DNA from: a virus
Taxonomy: Duplodnaviria; Caudoviricetes
IMG/VR virus record: IMGVR_UViG_3300030450_002564
Coordinates: 1-32,594 of that record
Length of the DNA stretch: 32,594 nt
Direction: 5' to 3' (one strand)
Shown here piece by piece: positions 26,101 to 32,594 of this stretch. Each line of letters starts with the position of its first letter. Positions within the stretch are counted from its first letter, which is position 1. The position numbers and the translations under genes are program-made. The notes beneath the pieces are model-generated. The model was given only the letters and a program-made list of their open reading frames with translations. It searched no databases and had not been told where the DNA came from.

Positions 26101-28914
26101 AAATTAAATATTAGAAAAGATGGGACAGTATCAGTTGGTGATAATTGGAGGATGTTATCAGATTTGTTAATAGAAGATAATGATTCTCCTGATAGTAAAT
26201 GGGAAAAAGGAAATACCGATAACATTACTATAGGTGAACTTTTAGATATGATGGAAGATGAGAATCCTTTAAAAAACAGCCTCACAGAAGGAATAGGATA
26301 TATTAGCGAAGATGAATCACTTAAATTAAATGACGACCCTGAACGTTTAGAACAATATAGAGCTGATTATGTTTTGAGTGAATCTGAATTTACTGAATTA
26401 AGTGAAGAACAAAGAGAATTAAGAAGAGCAAATAAAGAAGATATAACTGCAACACCAGAACCTGACACACCACGTGCAAGTAACCCAGGACTTCTTTATG
26501 ATGATTTGAATAGAAGAATTTTATCACAAGAAGTTGATGTATGGGATGATGATGCAGAATGGTTAATAGAAAGACAACACGCAGATACAGAAACTATTGC
26601 TTTGTTAGAACCAAATTATAATGATTATTATCCATCTGATAATTGGAGAAATCCAATACAACCTATTTCAAGTGAACTTCCTAATAACGAACTGTGGGCT
26701 ATAGATGTAGAATATACTTATGGTAATTTTATAAACATGTTCCAACAAGGAAGTGAAGTTGGATACCGAGGTTTTCAAGGTATAGGTAAAGATATTTCAG
26801 ATTATTTTAGACATAAATTTATATCTAATTTAAATAGATTAATTGAAACATCAGACAATATATCAGGTGGTGAAAGAATACTTGCTGTTGATATAGATAT
26901 TACTCCTGTAGTTAGTCACGAGTTTCCATTCTCTAATACTGACTTTATAGAAATAGGAATAATAGGTTATGACCCTAAATATAACAAAACATTTCACGAT
27001 TACATAAATGTAAAAGTAGATATTTCTGGACGTGAAGGTGTCGTAATAACTGATACAGCATATACAAGTAATAGAATTAACCCTGCTTTAGCAGATGATA
27101 CTGGACCTATGCACTTAATAAGAGATGGACGTTCTTTATCAAGAGATGCAAATCTAGGAGTTATGGTAGAAAATGCTGTTGGTTCATTAGTTATAAGTAT
27201 GGAAGAAATAGAAAAAGAAAAAATAAAAGATGCTAACTCAGGAGATACACCAAAAGGTGTCAGATTTGAGGGAGGTTTAACTCCTGGTACAGAGCCATCT
27301 CCATCAACTCCTTTTGGTACAGGATTACCATTTAGCACTATTGATGACAGAGTTTTTATGATGGGTAAAGTAGCAAAACGAATGAATTTATTTAAATCAT
27401 CAGCACCTAATCCAGATGTCGTACCACTTATGAGTACAAACATTAACAATGATTTTCCACCAAAGATAATATCAGGTGAGAAAATGGAAATGGTGTTACT
27501 TCATTCAGAATATAGCCGAGATGCTAATGCAGAACAAATAGACGTAAGAGAAAGAATTGAAGAAGCAAGAAGTACTACTCATACAATAGGAACATTTTGG
27601 GAAACAGTTGCTTATGATACAACAACAAATGATGAAGCTTTATTTGAATTAGGTAATCAAAGTTTACAACAGGATAATGTTCAACAACTTATACAAAATT
27701 TAGAAGATTTTGCAGAAACTAACAATGCAATAGTAGAGCTTAATTTAACTGCTACAGCTCATAATTTAAATACAGATAATATTCGTACTATTGAAATAAG
27801 ACCTTCAGGAATTACAAACTCTCAAGCCCAACCTATATATGCTAATGCAGTAGCTGAAGGTAATAATGTATTTGTTGGAAGAATAGATATTACAGCACCT
27901 AGTAATTCTTTTGGAGAAAATTTTGATGCCTCTTTTAAAAGAGCTTTAAATATAAAACTAGCTGATGGTAGTCTTATGGATTTAATAACCATACACGATG
28001 ATGAATTACCTAAATCTGAAGTACAAGCATTAACTAATCAATCTCATCCTCATAATAATATTCACAATCAAATGAGTGGTGGACCTTTTGCAACAGAAAC
28101 TGATAACCCTTTTGCTAATCAATATAACATTAACAGAAACGCTGGTTTAGGAGAAGCTACAGGTGGACCAACAGAAACACAATATAAAAATTCACCTGTG
28201 GAAACAATACCTAGTAAAAAAGTATTAAGACAATTATGGAGGGCTATGGCTGATACACCTGTAGGTAAAACATTAGGTTTAGCTTGGAAGGCAGTAGATA
28301 TAGGAGAAGTTGCTATATCTAAAGCATTTGAAGTATCACAGGCAGCAGCAATTAGAAGAGCATTAGCTCAAGGTGCAAGTAAAGCAGCAGCATTAGCTGC
28401 AGCTAAACCTTGGATGTTTATGTCTCAATTATGGATTGCTTATGAAGTTTCTAACTTAATAGTAGGAATGGCACAACAAGTTCCTGATATTGCAAACATA
28501 ATTAAACACAGAAATGATGTTTTAAAAAATGGTGAACCATGGGAAAAAGCTGCTATTGAAGATAAATTATGGAAAAGTATAGGTAAAGAATTATGGGAAG
28601 GATTAACAGTAGCGGCACAACGTTCTCCTGCAGAAAAATTAGCAGATGTAATATGGCAACCTGCATTTGGTGCCATTGAAAATTACATGAATGGAGATAA
28701 CAGACAACTTGCAAACATACCTCAAACTAAAGTAGAAGATACAGCAGATGATATATATAATAATGTTTCTTATTCTCCAGAAAAGAAAATGGATTTAATG
28801 GCTGATAGAATAGACTACGATACATTGTTCTACGGCTATTTAAATAACGACCCACAAGCTAATGTTGTTGTTGATAGAACATTTGAATTAGCAAATAGTG
28901 TGTACAATAGGTGA
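23155..28914 (+). CDS. very large (1919 aa) putative virion / polyvalent protein
   Basis: Long ORF with GTG start and AAGGAG RBS; Ala-rich hydrophobic segment near the C-terminus. No confident family. Confidence 0.6.
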   Translation: MDRNQFIAAIMDEANLLFRNNGGIDLNEIWDNVSSSDQRSLIEDLLTRLEKGDTLNDITVDILNDNSQLQPFEPNVRNIIWDLNEKREGMIERAGTLDGESLANIMLEEPGTLDDPVPRSVSRRVAEQRAAELESPEARQRAAELEAESLKRRAKTYGSSNVIIADFNKTYKPLLESLLEIDYFKESLEKYLSLEQSNYPGLTIDDLLDKEYRGLLVGVLEDMGINTQLYINNKRRIHPNPEVTGSAKFKPLFEGPNNEGFISFDLYKYINVSDANHNQPIEVYEKLKEFSKSHKIPVVASVDRNVSSMHSLRLLGESRQIADGVNPILERSIDAINYITENTEDISHIKEHDTRSFVDETVKDFNANPEKNGRHAIKYGSAQQTVVSFGDIDLDTLETALLEVMDNHFKNVESTYSSSPVIRDRNFMKVGNKSLPVGGISTLERYLEEMFAGHMHHPVGSHHNIFGEGADFHTAILNSLMEKIIENNKGTQFITLGGDTNLNSSMSFKARRLASAIFEEPTSQDAVARRSTRSEVVNLFDTLNHDGLPDNEYFDELRKRLDIAMEKGIKLSENKKEINTFFEELISHFEDTLTAEIIYIKGEPRIIGIVNNNVGKISQTSELVASFTNYDSGYTYGYKRPMYMYDKLNHNYKSNLIKFRKLKKAGLDFIFGGAIKRLLIPWADKLRYTMKNGPSWTSVALAYTRFGFQNQDKSHLYELGNRPDYDYFQVRIPLPEEYTNSRSRYLKPVKEIEERISGKPKPLSDQWKFTWEPGSMRVTDREMMILIAAMEGFYDKDAIEKTLNVIKGDTENPITDSTYGSDIDLNRQVMNNIVGLFAETEDDIDTLRDVMDSTTNVSTVAMERALQSRIEMLEYRGAKLYSKNANDLVSFLLRNHLLKIQDLAIAISQSGLVHDKHTVLLEDADINLTFLENLKKGLGDKHPSAISTIKNIEKDWFVRPGETVDDMLLNITDYIVENKDNIKLNIRKDGTVSVGDNWRMLSDLLIEDNDSPDSKWEKGNTDNITIGELLDMMEDENPLKNSLTEGIGYISEDESLKLNDDPERLEQYRADYVLSESEFTELSEEQRELRRANKEDITATPEPDTPRASNPGLLYDDLNRRILSQEVDVWDDDAEWLIERQHADTETIALLEPNYNDYYPSDNWRNPIQPISSELPNNELWAIDVEYTYGNFINMFQQGSEVGYRGFQGIGKDISDYFRHKFISNLNRLIETSDNISGGERILAVDIDITPVVSHEFPFSNTDFIEIGIIGYDPKYNKTFHDYINVKVDISGREGVVITDTAYTSNRINPALADDTGPMHLIRDGRSLSRDANLGVMVENAVGSLVISMEEIEKEKIKDANSGDTPKGVRFEGGLTPGTEPSPSTPFGTGLPFSTIDDRVFMMGKVAKRMNLFKSSAPNPDVVPLMSTNINNDFPPKIISGEKMEMVLLHSEYSRDANAEQIDVRERIEEARSTTHTIGTFWETVAYDTTTNDEALFELGNQSLQQDNVQQLIQNLEDFAETNNAIVELNLTATAHNLNTDNIRTIEIRPSGITNSQAQPIYANAVAEGNNVFVGRIDITAPSNSFGENFDASFKRALNIKLADGSLMDLITIHDDELPKSEVQALTNQSHPHNNIHNQMSGGPFATETDNPFANQYNINRNAGLGEATGGPTETQYKNSPVETIPSKKVLRQLWRAMADTPVGKTLGLAWKAVDIGEVAISKAFEVSQAAAIRRALAQGASKAAALAAAKPWMFMSQLWIAYEVSNLIVGMAQQVPDIANIIKHRNDVLKNGEPWEKAAIEDKLWKSIGKELWEGLTVAAQRSPAEKLADVIWQPAFGAIENYMNGDNRQLANIPQTKVEDTADDIYNNVSYSPEKKMDLMADRIDYDTLFYGYLNNDPQANVVVDRTFELANSVYNR
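23535..23592 (+). repeat. in-frame 36-bp-period duplication (QRAAELE x2)
   Basis: ACAGAGAGCAGCAGA(A/G)TTAGAA at 23535 and 23571. Confidence 0.8.
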
Positions 28915-28917
28915 TAT

Positions 28918-30129
28918 ATGTTTAAAGAAGGATTACAGTTAACAAACGCAGACAGGTTAATAGTTGTAGACGGACAATATTATGCTATTTATAACTATGA
29001 AGCAACAAGTGGTAACACATTACCTATTGTAATAGCTGTTGACACAGTAGATGCTTTAACTAACCCTGGAAATGCAGAAGTTATGACTGAAGAACAATTT
29101 CAAGACCAAACAGGTCATATTCTTATGCCTTTATTTAATCTATCTCAATTAAAATTAGAAACAGCAGATGACCCATTCTCTGATTTAGATACAATACTTG
29201 CCAATTTAGATGAAGATTTAGAAAAAAAAGCAAAATACTATGGTTCTCCCTGGTATTTAGATGATGAAGTACAAAAACTGTTTGCTTACGGTGCTATAAC
29301 AGGTGAAAGTATAACTCCTTATTTAAGTGAATTATCTTGGTGGAAGAATACTACTGAACATGAAAGAGATTGGATAAAGTTAGTATATAGAAATCCTGAA
29401 GAAGCAAAAAATATTATTTCAGAAAATTATAAAAATATATTGTTATCTACAAATCAGTTACAAATAACTGGTGAAGGAGTTGATGATTTGTTAAAACAAT
29501 TAGCATCAGATGCTTCTAGTGGAAAGTTTGGCTCACCTACAGAAGCAGGAACAAAATTAAATGAGATAGTTTCTTTATTGTTTGATGGTGTTAAAAGACA
29601 AATGGCAGGTGGTATAGAGGCAATACATGAAGATTATAGAGGATATGTTGGAAGAATTAATGAAACTAAATCAGGAGAAGGAGATGCTTTTACAAAAATA
29701 GAATCATATTTAGGATTAGAAGCAGCACATGCTTACCGTTCCTCTGGAAAATTAGCAGAGTATGCAGGACTATTAAGAGCTGATGCAGAATCAGGAACAA
29801 ATACAAATGCAGAAATGATTAATGATGAATTACAAAAAGCACATGATAAGTTATTTCCAAATTATGAAGGTAGTAAACATTCTTCTTGGTCTGCTTCTAT
29901 ATACAACACAGCATCAACAATATTAGGTAAAACAAGTTTAAGTCGTGCTGATAAAAAAGAAATGGATTTAATATCTCAATCTGTAGGTGGAGATATGTCT
30001 TTGTTTAAAGCAGAAGTAAGAAAGAAGTATGAAGATGACCCAACATATCAAGAAAGAGTGTTAGCAGGTTCTACTATGGCATTTAATCAAGCATTGTCTG
30101 GTGTTTATCAAAGAAGAGGAAGAATGTAA
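28918..30129 (+). CDS. hypothetical (probable virion) protein
   Basis: 403-aa ORF with AGGTG RBS. Confidence 0.7.
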   Translation: MFKEGLQLTNADRLIVVDGQYYAIYNYEATSGNTLPIVIAVDTVDALTNPGNAEVMTEEQFQDQTGHILMPLFNLSQLKLETADDPFSDLDTILANLDEDLEKKAKYYGSPWYLDDEVQKLFAYGAITGESITPYLSELSWWKNTTEHERDWIKLVYRNPEEAKNIISENYKNILLSTNQLQITGEGVDDLLKQLASDASSGKFGSPTEAGTKLNEIVSLLFDGVKRQMAGGIEAIHEDYRGYVGRINETKSGEGDAFTKIESYLGLEAAHAYRSSGKLAEYAGLLRADAESGTNTNAEMINDELQKAHDKLFPNYEGSKHSSWSASIYNTASTILGKTSLSRADKKEMDLISQSVGGDMSLFKAEVRKKYEDDPTYQERVLAGSTMAFNQALSGVYQRRGRM

Positions 30130-30130
30130 A

Positions 30131-31618
30131 ATGGCAGAATTTGAAATTGAAATACAAAGAGAATTAGAGAAAAGAAAAAAAGCTCAAGAAGCTGCAAAAA
30201 GAGAATTAGAGAAAAGAAAAAAAGCTCAAGAAGCTGCAAAAAGACGTAGGCAACAAGCATTCCAAGATGAACTATCACGTGAACAAGAAATAGAGCAACA
30301 AGCTACTGAAAGAGAAACTAGAAAAAATCTAGGTTCACAACCTAAAGAAGGCGATAGAAAAACCATTGATGGTGTACCGCATATATATTCAGGTTCTCAA
30401 TGGGTTGCAATAAATCCTCCTTCACCTGCACCAGAACCGCCTGTTATTAACGAGCCACCTGAAGATACTGCTGCAACATTTTATAATGATAATGCAGATA
30501 GTAGTGATATGTTTGGTAGTGAAACAAGTGGAACTTCTTACCTTGTTGATGGTTCAGGAAACATTTTTACAGTTGGTAGTGCAGAAGCAATGGAAGCATT
30601 TTATAGTGACGGTTCACTTATAGAAGGGTTTCGTGAAGCAACTAATGAAGAAATTACAAAATATAAATCTGATGCTTTTGCAGACGCTTATGCTTTTAAT
30701 TTATCTACTTCTTTGTCAGATTCTTTTAAATTAGGTTTAAATAATTTAGGTGAAATGATGTCAGAATATTTTGAAGCTACTGAAGAGTCAGCAGTTGTAC
30801 CATCTACAGCTTCAACGTTTGACCAAATAAAAGGTTTATATCCTTGGTTAGATGATAGATTAGCAAGAGTTTATTTAGATAGATTCCATGAATCAGGTAG
30901 CGAAAGATTAGCTATAGCAGAAATGAGACAGGACCCAATTATGGATACTGTATATCCAGGAATAAGAAGAGAAGATGGAACTTTAAGAATGACAGAAGAA
31001 GAATATGTCGTTGTTGTAGATAATATGAAATCAAGTTTAAGACAATTTAATTTAAACCCAACAGAATTTGAAGAAGATATAGTAGAGGCAATCTCTGGTG
31101 ATGTATCTCCTAAAGAATTTGCTACTAGATTACAAGCAGGATATGACGGTATTGTTAATAATATACCTCAAGTAAAACAGGCTTATTTAGATAATTTCGG
31201 TATTGAATTACCTGATGAATCTATCTTTGGTATGTTTATTTCTCCTAAAGTAGCTACAAATATTTTAGAAGGTAACATACGTGCATCACAAATATTAGGT
31301 GAAGCTGAAGCTGCAGGATTTTCTGGTATATCAGCACAAGTTGCAGCTAGTTTATCTAAACAAGGTTTAACTCAAGAAACAGCTAGGCAAGGATTTGGTG
31401 CAGCAGCATTAAATCTTCCTGGTATTCAAGCATCAGCTAAAGCACAAGGAAGACAAGGATTAACTGCTGCAGATTATATAGAAGGAACACAATTAGGTTC
31501 TGCAGAAGATGCAGAAGCACTTAACAGAATACTCGCACAACAAAGAGGTAGTAGTACTGCTGCTACAGGTGCAGCTCAAAATCAAGAAGGACAGACTACA
31601 GGTTTAACTGAACGATAA
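30131..31618 (+). CDS. hypothetical (probable internal virion) protein
   Basis: ATG 30131 (after GAGGAAG and the upstream stop) is preferred over GTG 30101. Charged coiled-coil N-terminus and Ala/Gln/Gly-rich C-terminus. Confidence 0.7.
   Translation: MAEFEIEIQRELEKRKKAQEAAKRELEKRKKAQEAAKRRRQQAFQDELSREQEIEQQATERETRKNLGSQPKEGDRKTIDGVPHIYSGSQWVAINPPSPAPEPPVINEPPEDTAATFYNDNADSSDMFGSETSGTSYLVDGSGNIFTVGSAEAMEAFYSDGSLIEGFREATNEEITKYKSDAFADAYAFNLSTSLSDSFKLGLNNLGEMMSEYFEATEESAVVPSTASTFDQIKGLYPWLDDRLARVYLDRFHESGSERLAIAEMRQDPIMDTVYPGIRREDGTLRMTEEEYVVVVDNMKSSLRQFNLNPTEFEEDIVEAISGDVSPKEFATRLQAGYDGIVNNIPQVKQAYLDNFGIELPDESIFGMFISPKVATNILEGNIRASQILGEAEAAGFSGISAQVAASLSKQGLTQETARQGFGAAALNLPGIQASAKAQGRQGLTAADYIEGTQLGSAEDAEALNRILAQQRGSSTAATGAAQNQEGQTTGLTER
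30156..30244 (+). repeat. perfect 42-bp tandem duplication (RELEKRKKAQEAAK x2)
   Basis: Identical units at 30156-30197 and 30198-30239. Confidence 0.9.
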
Positions 31619-31629
31619 ACTTGCACACA

Positions 31630-31680
31630 ATGTCTTGTAGGTCTAATAAGACAAGACATCATATTATATTATGGTATAAT
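31630..31680 (+). promoter_or_regulatory. late promoter (TGgTATAAT) with an inverted repeat over the -35 region
   Basis: ATGTCTTGT (31630-31638) / ACAAGACAT (31651-31659) perfect 9-bp inverted repeat; extended -10 at 31672-31680. Confidence 0.6.
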
Positions 31681-31851
31681 AAATTTGACCCTGTTCGATA
31701 GTCTGGGGGTAAAACTTGACTACGAAATATAAAACGAATACGGTCTTGATGCCTACTAACAAGACCTGCCAAATAAAAAAAGTAGTGAGTATAAACAAGG
31801 GATACCTGATGACCCTTAGTAAAAAACCATTAGAGAAAAGGACAAGTAAAT

Positions 31852-32286
31852 ATGACGACAGAAGAAAATTTGGACTCTGTAAACGAGGACAAAAACTGGA
31901 AAGCTATTCGTGAAGAGAATAAGACTCTAAAGGAAAAGTTAGAAGGTTTTGAAGTAGCTAAGAAAGAACAGGTTTTTAAACAAGCAGGTTTTGATACTAC
32001 TGTAGGACTCGGAAAGGCAATTAGCCAAGTGTATAAAGGTGACATGGAAGTGGAATCTTTACAAACATTTGCTAAGGAAGAATATGGAGTAGAAGTTGGG
32101 CAACAAGACGGTATTCGTGAACAAATACAAGAATCCCAACCTAAGCTAGACGCTATAGACAGGAACTCTGTTTCTGAAGTCTACGGTGACGACCTAGTTG
32201 ATGCTATAAATAACTCAGCTAATCCAAAAGACTCCATTCGTCTAAAACTTGCCGCAATAGAAGAGGCAAAAGCAAACTCGAAATAG
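31852..32286 (+). CDS. capsid scaffolding protein
   Basis: 144 aa, acidic with coiled-coil character, directly before the capsid gene; AAAGGA RBS. Confidence 0.65.
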   Translation: MTTEENLDSVNEDKNWKAIREENKTLKEKLEGFEVAKKEQVFKQAGFDTTVGLGKAISQVYKGDMEVESLQTFAKEEYGVEVGQQDGIREQIQESQPKLDAIDRNSVSEVYGDDLVDAINNSANPKDSIRLKLAAIEEAKANSK

Positions 32287-32365
32287 AGTTAAAACTTTTA
32301 CCTTTTCTAAAAAATAGTATTAGACAACAATTTCAGGTAGAAATACCTGGGAAAGGTAAAATAAA

Positions 32366-32594
32366 ATGGCAGCAATATCGTTAACAAATAGTACGATTTA
32401 TGCACAGAATATTAACAACTTTGCAGGAGAACTGTTTAAAGTTGGCGGTCAAAGAACTCCTTTCCTATCAGCAGTTGGTGGTTTGAATGGTGGAAAAGCT
32501 ATTCAATCAACATTTTGGCAGGTCCAAATCGCGGACAATGCTAAAATATCTTCTGAACCTACTAAAGGTCAAGAAGGTGCAACACCTACTGAAT
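32366..32594 (+). CDS. major capsid protein, 5' part (runs off the window)
   Basis: Open frame MAAISLTNSTIYAQNINNFAGELFKVGGQRTPFLSAVGGLNGG...EGA. The GELF/TPFLS/GG/EG pattern resembles DUF5309 (SU10-like) capsid N-termini; follows the scaffold gene. Confidence 0.75.
   Translation, partial: MAAISLTNSTIYAQNINNFAGELFKVGGQRTPFLSAVGGLNGGKAIQSTFWQVQIADNAKISSEPTKGQEGATPTE

Noticed and set aside
31806-31838. Hammerhead ribozyme suggested by CTGATGA...GAAA
   Set aside because: The sequence between CUGAUGA and GAAA does not close a stem II, and no matching stems I and III were found.
31716-31913. 65-aa ORF overlapping the scaffold start
   Set aside because: TTG start, out-of-frame overlap with the scaffold gene, and the region is better explained as a structured leader.
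1-32594. tRNA, rRNA, integrase or transposase genes
   Set aside because: No cloverleaf or T-loop signatures and no recombinase motifs were recognised by eye. tRNAscan/ARAGORN would confirm.

Overview
This AT-rich window is most of a tailed-phage (Caudoviricetes) genome. The r1t-type holin, actinophage-type metallophosphoesterase, capsid N-terminus and a leaderless-looking promoter suggest a low-GC actinobacterial host such as a marine Actinomarina-like lineage (inference). Layout: (1) lysis-like cassette and a metallophosphoesterase (+, 1-2382); (2) a translationally coupled leftward early operon (8026->2384) under a consensus TTGACA-N18-TATAAT promoter, with small proteins, an SGNH hydrolase, two HTH proteins and a Rad52/Sak-like annealing protein; (3) two small rightward genes and an ~860 bp non-coding control/packaging region; (4) terminase, portal, ~18 kb of very large putative virion/ejection proteins, scaffold and the start of the major capsid gene. 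The strongest unexplained signal is at 7052-7474: three hairpin cassettes with a conserved 20-bp stem around unrelated 40-89 nt inserts. All stem mismatches are G-U pairs on the transcribed minus strand and one copy carries a compensatory double substitution, so it looks like a processed ncRNA array. Other candidates are a promoter-driven structured RNA before the terminase, four NrdR-box-like sites around a G-rich possible terminus, and structured leaders before the scaffold and capsid genes. Family assignments come from motif recognition by eye; no searches were run.
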